Of a DNA stretch of 64,000 bases, positions 42,525 to 55,557 are shown piece after piece. Origin of the DNA: the human T2T-CHM13v2.0 reference genome, Homo sapiens; assembly GCF_009914755.1 (NCBI RefSeq), contig NC_060932.1, one strand, 5' to 3'. Under the pieces are notes generated by a model that saw only the letters and a program-made list of their open reading frames with translations, searched no databases and was not told where the DNA came from. Each line of letters begins with the position of its first letter. Positions within the stretch are counted from its first letter, which is position 1. Both the position numbers and the translations under genes were made by a program.

Positions 42525-42893
42525 TTTATTTTTTATTTTTATTTTTAATTGTTGTGGGTACATAGTAGATGTACATATTTATCAAGTACATGAGATGTTT
42601 TGATACAGGCATGCAATACATATTAATCACATCATGGAGAATGGAGTATCCATCCCCTGAAGCATTTATTATTTGTGTTACAAACAATCCAACTACAATC
42701 TTATTCTAAAAGATACAATTAAATTATTGACTAGTCATTCTGTTGTGCTATCAAATACTAAGTCTTATTTATTCATTTTCACTATCATTTTTGTGCCTAT
42801 TAACCATGTCTACCTCTCTCCCACCCCATCCCCACCCCACTACCCTTCTCACCTTCTGGTAGCCATCCTTTTACTTTCTATCTCCATGAGTTT
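42525..42893 (-). mobile_element. L1MA (about MA2-3) 3' end
   Basis: GTGGGTACATAGTAG..TACATGAGATGTTTTGATACAGGCATGCAAT..TCTATCTCCATGAG. Confidence 0.9.
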
Positions 42894-43663
42894 TGGGGGT
42901 TCCTTGAAATGATCCCTGTGGATGTGGGGTCTGCAATGATGAGTTTACCTCAAGAACTCATAGTCAAAGAAGGATGTGCAGACTTATTTTCCTCTCAGAT
43001 TCACTGGGCAGTGTGAGTTTGGGTACTTAGATTAAGCTTGGATATACATTTTAAATAGGATTGATGTGGCTAAGGAGTGGGCTGTACAGATGATTTATTT
43101 TCTCCAACAGAGCCATTTGAAAAAAGTTAGTGTGCAGAAAAGCAATATAACATGGAATGAATCAGCCAGTACAGCACTCTGTTCTTATTTTGCTTGAAGT
43201 AACAGGTCAAATATATAGATTTTTTTTTAATGACACAAGTCTAGGTGTTACACCAATAAATTTTCTCTTTTAAACATGCTAATCTCTTTTCATTTGCTTA
43301 TTTATTATGATGTCTTCACCTTTTTGTTATTAAATTTCCCTCTTGAAATGGAAACTGTCTTTTCATTTTAAAAGTAATTGCCAAACAGCCACCCTGGTCA
43401 TGTTATATTTCTGCTTCCATATTTCTAAGCAAATCAACAAAATAATCATTATGCCAGATACACATATGTAACAGTATTAAAAGCACAGTATTTGTGTCAC
43501 ATAGTAAATCAGTGGAGGGGAGATGATGGGACTTCTGACTCCGATTTCCAGATTTTAACTATGCTAATTTTCAACTCTGCTGAACAGTGCTTAGGTGAGC
43601 TAGTTTAAATCAGGTTGAGTCCATTCATTTCTCATTTAATTCCATGACCTTTCCTTTTTGCAG

Positions 43664-43682
43664 ACCCTGAGCCCCCTGCAGA
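43664..43682 (+). other. Candidate 19-nt microexon or cryptic exon
   Basis: CTTTCCTTTTTGCAG|ACCCTGAGCCCCCTGCAGA|GTGAGT. Confidence 0.25.
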
Positions 43683-44841
43683 GTGAGTGAGCTTTGAAAA
43701 TAGAGATAGGGGATTGATTTTAAATATTTTTTTTTACTTTATTAAAAAAAATTCTGTCCTGTTCCTTTTTGTCTCTTACTGCCCAGGGCTAAGGTCAGTA
43801 GTGTTCAGAAACAATCTCAATTGTTTATTTTGGTAACCCCTGCCTCCCTGGGTTTGCTCACAGCAATCTCAGAGCCTCCAGGGAGCAATTGTTATCAGAG
43901 ACTCAACCTGTTCCCTTGCGGATCTAGAGAGTTGCTGCCAACATTTCATTTCATTTTAGTTCCATCTGCGAGTGCCAAAAGCTTGCTTCATACTTGACAT
44001 GTAAAGGCATTTTGAGCATATTGTTGTTAATCCAAGTGCACATTAGTGATGATTTTATAGCCCCTGTTGCAACCCCTCTTTTCTGTGTAATATAGACCCC
44101 TGTTGCAGGCTGATGGAACCAGGAAGCATCTCTGATGAATTAGACTTTAGCATTTTGCTGTTTAGTCTTCAAACTGTGTGTCAGAATGGTATTCAAGATC
44201 TGGTCTCAGTTCCTGATTGTTACATAAAAACAAGAAAAGGCGAGAATTAATTGGGAGAACCTCATTAAGGAAAGTTCCACCCCATGGCCACTTCATATCT
44301 CATCAGTAATATCATGTTCTGCACAAAACTAACATGATGGAATGTTCTCACCTACGGACGTTGGTGCATTCAACTCGTTCCTCTGTTTCTCCAGTGACTT
44401 AAAGGTGTGTCAAAAATTGTTTAGTACAAATTCTTAGGAGGTTTATTTTTGAGTCAGTAAACTGTTTTCAAGGTTGGAAGGAAGAAGTGGTAGACGTGGA
44501 TATTTTAATGCTTAGGTATTTGTGGAAACAGCCTAACAATTCATAGGATGGTCACTCAATTCTGCTGCTCACTGGGACCCTGAGAATTTGAACAAACTGT
44601 TAAGGTGCAATAGCAGAAACAACTAGAAATCTTCCAGGAACACTTATTAGCAGAGAAATTCACAGCTCTATGTGGTTCCCAAAATACAGCCCCAAGTATT
44701 ACAACAAACTGGCTCATTAACACCACTTTTAAATTACTCCACTCCTTAAGTTGTATGACTGCCTTCCAGTAAGTATGATGCCAATCATATGTGGGGAATC
44801 TTTTGAATGTTTGTGACCAGCTAATTGACACAGGATTCTTT

Positions 44842-45765
44842 TGGTGCTGCTTCACCAGCCAGAAATCTCTGCGGCCAGTGATGCCTCTGCCCAGGCTTCA
44901 CTCAGCTCCAGGCTCACCGTTGGGCTAGTTCTTCCCACTTGTCCAAGCAGGCTGCACTCAGCTCGCACTACCAGCCCAGATTCCGTGCCTGCTGCAGTTC
45001 TGTGCTCAGTCCATGGCTGGTCCCAGCATGCTGTGACTGTCTTCCACCCTGGGTGCCAGCATCTGGATGAGGGGGACATGGTGCCACCAGAAAACTTGGA
45101 GAGTCCAGCAATCATGGAGCCCCAAAGGGTGTTGTGGCTTTTGCTTGGGGAGTCCCAAGGTCCGAGCCCCCAAGGGCTGTTACAGCTCTCTCTCCTTTCC
45201 ACCACCCACAGCGCAGTGGATGGGAGGGAGGTGTGTTACAGCTCGTTCGTGTTATGGCTTGTTCCTGCCACCTGCAGTAGGACAAACAGGGTGGGGTATG
45301 TGGTGCCCAGCAGCTTCCTCTCCTGTTGCTTGACAAGTGAGAAGGGAGGATCACAGTGTTACTGGTCCTTTTACACCCACCATTCAGCAGGCTCCAGGTT
45401 CTTGTCCTGTGTCCAAGAAGAATGAGGTTGCATGGACAACGGAGAGTGAGGAAGGCAGATAAGGGTTTATTGAATGACAGAACAGCTCTCGACACAATAG
45501 AAGACCCAAATTGAGCAGCCCTCTGTGTGTGGGGTGGGGAGAAAGCAGATAGCCCCAGATGTGGCTGAGTCTGGGGGTTTTTATGGGCTCGGAATGGGGG
45601 AGTGCATGCTGATTGGTCCATGGGTGGGCCTGGAAAAAGCATTATTTGATGGAATAAAAGGCAATCAAAAATCAAAAAAGGGTTTTCAGCCCTTAAATTG
45701 TCTTTGGTTTGAAGGTGAGATTTCACCAGGGACCTGTGCCTGCCTGCCTAGGAATTTGTCTATCA
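44842..45765 (-). mobile_element. ERV1 solo LTR of the MER52/LTR27/LTR28 group
   Basis: GC-rich, TG...CA termini, repeated TGTTACAGCTC units, antisense AATAAA, CCAAT box (CTGATTGG), reverse complement starts TGATAGACAAATTCCTAGGCAG. Confidence 0.82.
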
Positions 45766-48304
45766 TATTGAAGAATCATTCAAGCAACTATTTTTTTGTT
45801 TCTTCTTTTTTTACAATAAAAGAACATGAAATTGAAGAAGCTACAGAGCTTTTATTAATATACATACAATTTAAAGCATTCATAAACCTGGAGTATAATT
45901 CATACATACCCTCTTGATGAGAGATTTAAGAACAAGATCTGCCTGCCTAGGAAACTTCTCATTAGAATCAATGAACACAGCGTTTTCTCTTCCTATTTCT
46001 TTCCCCTCCACTAGTGCCTTCCTGGTGGTTCATAAAGGTGATTGCCAATGCGGTACTCTGAACTGTCTTGTGTGTGTCTTGAAGTAAGCTCTGAAAATGA
46101 AATTCAGTATAAAGTGCTTGTTACCTCTATTAATTGGAATACAATTAGTCTGAAGTCTGTGGAAGCCACAACTCAGGAGCAGACTAGCAGGTGCATCTGC
46201 AAAGACACCAGTTCCCTCTAGGAAGCCAGATGTGCCTCCTACTCTCCCCTTTGTCCCTTAATAACCTATAGTTTAAGATGTGAGTGACTGGAAAAATCAT
46301 ACTGATGCCTTATTAATTAAATGGTATTAATACCATGGGCTTTTTTTTTTTGTTTCCTAGAGAGACTGCCATTTCAGTGTGTTGGAATAAAGTATATATA
46401 TTTCTCTCATGCCTTAGTACAGAAAGGGTAGGCCCAGGAGAACTATAAAAAAATCATTATTACCTAAAGTATCTGACAAGTCAAGTAGGATACAGGTCAG
46501 AAATGATGTGTGATGACTTTGTTCTGGCATTACCAGAGACTGACTTAAGTTATAGGTTAGTTGCTGCTATCATTCTTTGTAAGACTGATCCCAGGCTAAA
46601 TGGTGAAGGTAGAAAATGTCCCTTTTTCATAGCTTCTATTGAATCCCTCTCCATTCCCTCCATCCATTTAGGGACTCTTGCCACAGAGGACTACCTCTTC
46701 TGTGCCCATATCAAGGTTTGCTCTCAGGAAAGGTTATGACATTAACCTTTATCTAAACGTGCCTCAGTGGTTTATTATCTCAAGAACACAGTAGGAGTAA
46801 GTAAGGGATCTGTGCAATTTGGAAGCCAAACATGACTTCTTGGTATCTCTGAAATGGCATGGGCTGAGGTACAGGCTTTGTGCTAGGTAACTTGCCCCTA
46901 CTTGGCAGCTGTACCTGGAGAGCCAGTGGTGCCATCTGCCTGAAGACCTCACCTAACGCCTGTATGGGGAAAGGGAGAAGAGAATTATTAGTATTGGGGA
47001 ATAAACATGATTTATATAAACACAAATTAAAAGGCCACTATGTTATTAACAAACATATACCAGATTCTTACTGAAGATATTCAGGCGATAAGTACAGTTC
47101 TTGTTTTTAGAGACTTTTAAATTTTACTTTAATAATAGGAATTGTTGGTAATTCATCCAGTTTTGTATAAAAACTAGTTTTATAATGTAAACAATTTTTT
47201 ATTGATTGCATTCTTTTATTATGAGCATGTATTTGTATAGTTGTAAAATAGTTATATATCAGATATCTACACATATGTATATATCATATATTTATGTACA
47301 TATATATGTACTCACACACATAGAAAAATACAACATTTATGAAAAAATAGGAATAGTAAACCCAAATAATCCCACCCTTCAGGTTTAGATTACTCTTGGC
47401 TAGTCTAAACTTTTCTTTACACCATCATTTACCTTTTAAAAATAGTGAGAAATAAAACTTAAACTCATCATATCTACCGACCTATTCTACAGTGGGCTTT
47501 TCTGAATATATATTCACTGATGCTCTTCTGAAAGACTCAAGATAAAAGCCAAATTTGGGACAGAATAATATACCTTCTACTTTGTTCATGTCCATTAAGA
47601 GAATCTTTTTTCAACAATTGTTACATTTTGGCTTTTTTAACTCTGAAGTGATGTTTTGTGTGTGGTAAACCATGAACGGTATAGCCTCACGCTGGGATTG
47701 TTGCAGTGATTAGATGCCTAGAGAGCCCCATCTCACACTCTCCGAGCTGCCACCAGTTGTCACCGGTTGCAATATGGCCCCTTTCCTGCAAACTTAGGGC
47801 CTACAGTAAAGGCCAAAGTTGGACTGCTTATTAATGGGACTCTCTGGAAACACCAACACCAAAGAACGTGCTAATAAAAACGTGTCATGCTTAGAAAGAG
47901 GTTGGAGAAGACTGGGTTTCATTGGGAGACCATTTTCTCAGTTATTCTATGTTTTGCTGAGCCAAGTACATTTGAATCAATCCTGGCGGAGAGAGAGTTT
48001 GACTGTTCTCTAAAGGGACAATATTCTTTCATTGTCAGTGAATGTCTGGAAACTTAGCTGTCATACCTAGTAGGAGACCACTCATTGGATTCAATCACTA
48101 ATAAGCAGGAGAATTGCCTCTGCAATACAAAATGACAAAAGATGTCTTGCAATCGATGCTAAAATTCCATTTCTCTACAAATTTCAGTATCTATGCACAC
48201 AGATAATTATTTTTTCATGTGACCAAAACCAGTGCTGATTTTGTTTACATGAAAATTTGGACATGGTTTGGCATCACTTGAAATCATAGTAATGGAGAAA
48301 AGGA

Positions 48305-48420
48305 CTATTATCGTTTATTGAATACCTACTATGTGCCAGGTAGTAGGGAAATAATTCCATTTAATTTACACAACAACCATGTGAGGTATGTGGTATTTTC
48401 TCCCTTTTGGAAAAAGGGGA
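48305..48420 (-). mobile_element. MIR 3' fragment
   Basis: TTTATTGAATACCTACTATGTGCCAGG..CATTTAATTTACACAACAACCATGTGAGGTA. Confidence 0.75.
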
Positions 48421-48534
48421 TGGAAAAATGTGAACATAATCTGTCCTCAAAGCCCGTGCTCCCCCTAGTCTATGTGTAGTTACAGTAATTAAAGTGGTCA
48501 CATGGGTAGATGTTATATTGGAGGCTCTCAAATG

Positions 48535-48650
48535 CCCCACAGATGAAGAAACAAAGCCTCCACAAGTTTCAGTGACTTGCCTCAGGTTATGCAGTTACTA
48601 TGTGTGAAGAGCAGTTGCTGGAATCCAGGTTTTGTACTTGTCCTCCAGTA
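48535..48650 (-). mobile_element. MIR core fragment
   Basis: ACAGATGAAGAAAC..AGTGACTTGCCTCAGGT. Confidence 0.65.
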
Positions 48651-49451
48651 CTGACCCCCACCAAGTGAAAATCACCCTTTTGCTTTTGAGAAGCAGCTGC
48701 AATGCAACTTAACCTGTGGTTTAGTGGTCAATTTTATGACATGTGCATGGAGAACAGGTCTTATAGTTCAGTTGGTGAGGAGAGAACAGAGAACATGGTT
48801 GTGTTGAGCAGGAGTCCTCCTTGTGAGTGAGACTTACACATCCACTACATTAGTCCCTGTCACCACACGTGCCCTTGAGCATCTTCACAGATAAGCTCAG
48901 GGGCCAGGTTCTGCCCTACAGATGCTGTGCTCACTGCAGCTCCAGCATTGTTCATGACATCTTCCCTCTCTGAAATGTCCTCCTCCTTCCTGCCAAGTCA
49001 GCTGCTCCTACCTCAGGTTATAATAGATTGTCTTTTACACACATAAGCCCTGGTCTTTTCCCTGATGAAACTATTTTGAGGTCAGAAACCATGTAGCTAA
49101 TTCTATTTTTCTCAGTTGATTTGTAGACACTTGTGCATAGAAATTTCCTCAGATTTTCAGTGTTTCGGTGTAATAAACAGGAAAATGGCAAAAACTTGAA
49201 CTAATACTGTTTTGGCAAGTACTGCTTGATTGTTAAATTTGTTATGACAGTTTTTAACAAGTGTCATGTTTTGGAGACAAAGCAATTGGAAACTATCTCC
49301 TGAAGAATGGAAAAGTAGGGGCAGTATTATTTCTACAGAAGTATGAAGAATGACTGCCCTTAAATTGAAACTAAAAAGTTTGAAATGAAGCTGAAGTGAC
49401 TTAAGAAATAATAGAAGAGTTTATAAACTGGAAGATGTTAATAAGGAGTAC

Positions 49452-49698
49452 TTTTTTTTTTTTTTTTTTGAGACAGATTCTCACTCTTCCCTGCAGGCAG
49501 AAGTTCAGTGTTACAGTCATAGTTCACTGCAACTACAGGCATGTGCCACCAAGTCTGGCTAATTAAAAAAAAAGTTTTTGTAGAGATGGGGTCTTGCTAT
49601 GTTGCCCCAACTGGTCTGGGACTACTGGCTTCAAGCCATCCTCCCACCTTGGCTTCCCAAAGTGCTGGGATTATATACATGAGCCACTGCACCCAGCC
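49452..49698 (-). mobile_element. AluJ with an internal deletion of about 50 nt
   Basis: TSD AAGGAGTACTT; CACTGCA joins directly to ACTACAGGC. Confidence 0.92.
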
Positions 49699-49809
49699 AA
49701 GGAGTACTTAATGCTGAGGGAGTTTGAGGGATTTTCTTCTGCTGAATTGTTGTATGGGTAATGAGACAATGTATGGGAAAGAAAATTAGAAAGTCTATAG
49801 AAAGGCAAG

Positions 49810-50088
49810 AGATGATTCATATAATAGCTATAAGCCACATATATACTTTTAAATGTTTTAGTTATCACATTAATAAAAAGGAATGAGAGAAATTAATTTT
49901 AATGATATATTTAACATATATGCAAAATATCATTTCACCATGTAATCAATATTTTACATTCTCTCATTAGTAGTAGTCTTGGAAACCCAGTGTGTATTTT
50001 ACACTTACAATAAATCTCAGTTTGGACTAGTCTCATTTCAAGTGCTCAGTCACCCATGTGGCTGGTGCCTACTGTACTGACAAAGCAG
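49810..50088. mobile_element. MER33 (hAT-Charlie)
   Basis: GTGTGTATTTTACACTTACA..ATCTCAGTTTGGACTAG..CATTTCAAGTGCTCA..CATGTGGCT.GTG.CTAC. Confidence 0.85.
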
Positions 50089-50149
50089 ATCCAGGCTGTC
50101 AGTCTAGGAATGAGCTAAGAAGTGTGTGTTTCTTGTGTCAGCTACAGAA

Positions 50150-50280
50150 TCTTCTACAAAGCTTTAAAAAACAAGATTCCCTAGACCCCATTCCTAGAGA
50201 TTCTGGCTTGGTAAATCTGGGTGGGAGGCTTTCACATCTGTGTTTATGAAGCTCTTCAGGTGATCTGGAGGTGACGCAGA
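50150..50280. mobile_element. MER5-family fragment
   Basis: GCTTTAAAAAA..GACCCCA.TCCTAGAGATTCTG..AAGCTCTTCAGGTGAT. Confidence 0.55.
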
Positions 50281-50588
50281 TTCAGCTACACACTCATCTC
50301 TATAGTGTGGGCTTAGGACTCATGCCCCTGCAACCTGGGAAGGAGCATCAGGAAATCTGGAGGCCTTCTCTTATTCTTACCTTCTCCAATTCAAGCTGCT
50401 CTGCTCTTCAGGAGGTAACTCAGTATGTAACGTATTTATAGCAATGAGGAATTGGCACTTTAGAAGTTGACACCTAGGTGGTGTGTTCTACAGGGCTGCT
50501 GACTTGTTTTCTCCATTTAAGCTGTGGTTGTGGGATAGTGATGGGGATGTTTGTTAGAATGTGGGTGATCATGTACTGGGCTGAAATT

Positions 50589-50802
50589 GTTCCCCTTCCT
50601 GTGTCCATGTGTTCTCATTGTTCAATTCCCACGTGGGGTGGGGGAAGGGGGGAGGGATAGCATTAGGAGATATACCTAATGTTAAATGACGAGTTAAAGG
50701 GTGCAGCACACCAACATGGCACATGTATACATATGTAACAAACCTGCACGTTGTGCACATGTACCCTAAAACTTAAAGTATAATAAAAATAAAAAGAAAA
50801 AA
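50589..50802 (+). mobile_element. L1PA (about PA3-5) 3' end with a 5' inversion (twin priming)
   Basis: Inverted segment 50589-50632, forward 3'UTR 50633-50802 with poly(A), TSD GAAATTGTT on both sides. Confidence 0.95.
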
Positions 50803-51399
50803 GAAATTGTTGCTTCTCTTCTCACAAAGGTGAATGTTAGGGAATTTATCTTTACCTTTGGTTTTTTGCCTCACCAAAATGCATGTTACTTATAAAAACT
50901 TGGCGTAGAAACCAAGTCAGTAAAAAGGCAGAGATCTGGGAAGTTTCCACTTCAGTCCCTGGCTAAAGACATTATTCTCTTAGCTATCCTTTCAGCTCCT
51001 TAGAGCTTCTGTTTATCCAGGCACAAAATGTGGTAAATGCTGATGTGTAAACTCTCAGAGACCCCCACCCCGGTTAAAACACTGCTGTGCTGGGTATACT
51101 GTGTCACCTTAGGATTATGGTAAGCCCTGCAGCATGCCCGTGAGTTAAGTAAGTGTTTATAGAAATGTGAACAAAGCTGTACTTTAGAAGGTCAAATTGA
51201 CTTGCTCAAGGACAATGCGTTTCTCAAGGGCTCTGATTCTCCTCCCTCAGAACCAATTGTCTTTCTCCTATTCACGTCTCTGTCATCCTCTGGCACCTTT
51301 TCTGCCAGTTCTACCCTGCTCTGCCCTTCAGAGGGAATATATTGGCAGGCTCTGAATTTGTGAGGGTTTGTTTTCTGGTTAAGTAACAATTACCTCTCT

Positions 51400-51488
51400 T
51401 CTTTTTAATTGGACATATCATAATTGCACATATTTATAGGATACATAGTTATGTTTTGATACATATAATATATAGTGATCAGACTGGC
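51400..51488 (-). mobile_element. L1MA 3'-end stub
   Basis: ATAATTGCACATATTTATAGGATACATAGT.ATGTTTTGATACAT..AGTGATCAGA. Confidence 0.75.
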
Positions 51489-51499
51489 GTTTAACCATT

Positions 51500-51945
51500 T
51501 CAGGGTCAGAAGAAACCTCAAAACCATCTGGTTTAGGCACTAACATGATTTTTGAACGTCCTTTTTAGTAGCCTGACACATAACCCTCCATGTAACGCCA
51601 TGAACGACAGAAATTTAACCAATACCTAAGGCGGCCCATTTCATGTTTAAACAGTTAATTTTCTCCTTTGTTGAAACCAAAAGGCATATTCCTGTAAATT
51701 CTACCCTTTGAAACTACATAGGATACCGAGACATAAGAACTCTTCAAGTGTTTGACAATAAGACGTGGATTCTTCCCACCACCATCAAAATATTCCACTG
51801 CCTTTTCTTCCTTAGGCTGAGTAATTGAGTTCTTTCAACTGTTCCTCATAAAACATGGTTCTAAGTAGCCTTACTGTCCTTTGAATGGAATTCATAGACT
51901 ATTCCTTAAATATACTACTTTAAACATAATTTGATCAGTGCAGAA
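51500..51945 (-). mobile_element. L3/CR1-like ancient LINE fragment
   Basis: GAAACCTC..CCATCTGGTT; GGCCCATTTCAT; CTTTTCTTCCTTAGGCT..TTCTTTCAACTGTTCCTCAT. Confidence 0.5.
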
Positions 51946-53789
51946 TCATAACAAAATTAGAGAATTAGGGAAAATAAAGATGTAAAAAAAACTTCTGTAA
52001 AAGTTTTCTCCTCTCTTCTGAATAATCTTGGCATTTGTGATTTCAAAAATAATCATCATGACACCTTTAGTATTATGAAGATGAAACCAAGTCAGAGGAA
52101 ACTAGGTATCTTTGCTCTGCTAAACATACTCTTCTAGTATCACACTAGGAGAGTTATTTTGAGGTTAACTTAATGTAATCAGTAAAATATCCTGCAGTTG
52201 TTTTATGGGGATGTCCTTTTGTATTTCTTAAAGGCATCTATCTTTTATTTGTACAGTTACCATCCTTAAAACTATTAAAAAGGTGATTTTTTAACTTCAG
52301 AGTTTTGTTGCACCCACATGCCCCTTTTCAATGTTAGAAATTAAACAGCAGGGAGATTTAGGCTGAATGTTCCAGAACCATTATTGTTAGCTAGACCTCT
52401 GAGATGCATTCAGCTTTGCAGAGCTAACGGAGTATTTAATCTACGTCATTGCTTGGACTCTAGGGTGGTCACCCAGTGGAAGGCATTCATTTACCAAATT
52501 AAAAGCACAGTGAGTAAAAGCCATGGTATTATTTAAGCACATTTATTGACTCCCATTCTGGTACTATTTACTGAATTTCTTGGTGATGGAAGATGATGAA
52601 CGAGTTGATTTTTGCAATCACTTGGCTCTACTAAAGGTAAAATACATCTTCTTTGATTTATTCCCCTGAATTGACCAAACAGCTTTTAGTAGAAGTGGAG
52701 AATATTCAGCTCCAGCTCAATATAATATGTAGAATTCAGGGTTCCCCCCAACTACCCCTTTGAATTATTCTGTTAGGTCTGACAGGTGAAATTTCCTAAT
52801 AAGAAGATGCTGACATGCTTGGTATTCAAGGCCGGCTTTCACTTCTGCTGACATAATTTCCTCCTTTCTCTTCTACTGAATGTTCACATGCACATAGGTG
52901 AGTAGACACACATGTGCATAGACAATTGAGTGCTGGTCCTCACAAACCCACCTGGGGCTACCTTGGGTGGCATCTTGCTAGATGGGAAAACAGAACAATG
53001 GGTCCCGAGATTTTCAGACTGCCGCTGTATGAAATTCTACTTACCAAATTGCTTTTATTATCAGTGAATTCCCCATGTGTTTTAGCAGGGTGGATGTCAA
53101 ACATAGTGAGACAGCTTTGTCCATCATCAGGCCTGAGAGACAAAGGGATTGGCACTGTTCTTTGAAGAATGAGTAGGGATATTAGATATAGATGATGAAA
53201 CATTGATAAAGTAGGAAGAAGTTGTTTATCACAGACTATTTCAGTTCGGATCTTTCCTGTTCTGTGATCCTGATAGGAGTCTCCTGTAATCCCTGTCCTT
53301 TCATATATTAATATACTGATCAGACTAGAATAATTTATCCTTGGTTCTCTTTAACAATTTTGTCCTCACTCAAAATCCTCAATGTGAAATCAGTATGATC
53401 AAAAGAAAGTTGACTCTGGAAAGCTCATTATAAATTACAAGCTTCTGGGATATATTTCTTTCCTGCTGATAAAACTGTAAGCCACTGTATCAGGGCAGTG
53501 CATGTAAAAACTCACTGATGCAGTAGGAATGGTGACTGTATCATAGAGTCCTGGTTTACAAACACTTTTCAATAACAAAGTCTTCTGGCTTGAAAGAAAT
53601 ATTTTGTGGAAGCTCAATATTTGATAAAGATAAAGGAAGTGCTGCCCAGACTGAAATGTAGATGGATAGTTAGAGTCTCAAAGTTAAGAGCAAGGTTAAG
53701 AACCTTACTCAGGTAGCTTTTCCCACATTCATGGAAACAAATCTGACACCCAAGGGTATGTCAGGTCATGTTTTTAACTCTACTTCCTC

Positions 53790-54147
<358 letters not shown>

Positions 54148-55224
54148 TGAAGACACACTTTTCTTCTGTGCAGCATAAGAACCCTATGCTGATGTTTGGC
54201 GGCTATGATACACATGCACACTCTCACTTCCCCATAAACTTTTGTTAGATATCCATGTTTCACAATGGGTACCTGAGATTGTGAAGCTGGTGTTGAACCC
54301 TTGACCAGCAAGGACTTATCCAACAGGGTTTTCTAACATCACTTAACTGAAGCCAAACCAAAAGAAAATAAGTCTGTGGTAGTGACAGCTCAGATATGAA
54401 AACACCACCAACCAACCATCCCTCACTGAAGAGAGAGTGACTACCTTCCTGACCATTTTCACTATTTGTGAAAGGCTTTATTGACTTTAAACAAGCAGAA
54501 GAAAATCATTGAAAAATAAGTAGACAATTCACAAAGAAATCTAATATGTTAATTGATTCGTCATTGAGAAAATGGGAGATGTGACTAAGCTGGAGTAAAT
54601 CCATCTCTTAAAAGACTTTGTCCCAGTTTGCTGGTTAAATGGAAAATATGGTAGCTACATCCATAAAAGTGAGATCTGCTTGCTATTTTATGCTTCATTT
54701 AAATTGTATAGAACACATCATGGTTAATTGTCAGCATGAAAATGGACTATTTTTCAAAAGCTGCAATAATCTTCATTTTATCCCTTTCTTCTTTGATAAT
54801 GAAGAACTAAGGAATCCTGTGGGTTAGTCTTTTTAAGAGGTCAGGAAGTGTTGTGCTAGAGATTCTGAGCTATAGGTTTTTCATAGAGATAGCAATGAAA
54901 TGAGATTATGAATTAATTAATTAGATTTTCTCCATGAAACCTGTTTTTTTTTCTTTTTCCTGTATAGGCATTTCAGTGAATAGTCAGACTACCACTAACT
55001 CTCTGTTTTCTCTATATTTGTGACTTATATGGGTTTGTTCAGCTCAAATGGTTACTTACAGTGTCATTCTTAAGATTTTAGATACTGATGTCAGAGCATA
55101 AGTATACAAACTTGTTTTGTATTTTATTATATCATCATTAATTTCATTATTTAGCCATTAAAGATAAAAATATTACTAGAGGAAATGAGTTATTTAAGCT
55201 TTCTCTACAAGGTATAAAATAACA

Positions 55225-55440
55225 CTTTTTTTCCATTTTATCAATCTTATAACAGTGCAATTTGTGCATGATAAACTACATCAATTTAAAGAGTATTCTT
55301 TGAGGTTTCATTCAGCCACATTCAAGATAGAGAACATGTCCATCACCTCTAAAAGTTTCTTAGGATCCTTTGTGATTTCTTCCTACCCTAGTCCCCAGCC
55401 CATGACGACCAATGATCTTTTTTTTGTTACTATAGAGCCT
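55225..55440 (-). mobile_element. Old L1M 3' fragment
   Basis: CACATTCAAGATAGAGAACATGTCCATCACCTCTAAAAGTTTC. Confidence 0.65.
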
Positions 55441-55557
55441 AGCATTTTGTTTTCATTTGCCCCAAAACCATTTTCTCGAATTTCAAGACTGTTTTTGCAT
55501 TTGACAAACAACTATATTTCTTTCTGTATCCTTAGTAGTTCTATAGATTTTGACTAA

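Noticed and set aside
44841-45726. Longest ORFs in the window (194 aa plus strand, 204 aa minus strand)
   Set aside because: They lie within a GC-rich ERV1 LTR, overlap on both strands and show no gag/pol/env or other recognisable motif
41835-47770. Partial CTCF-like motifs (about 41838, 46925, 47748)
   Set aside because: Each misses key core positions; not supportable from sequence alone
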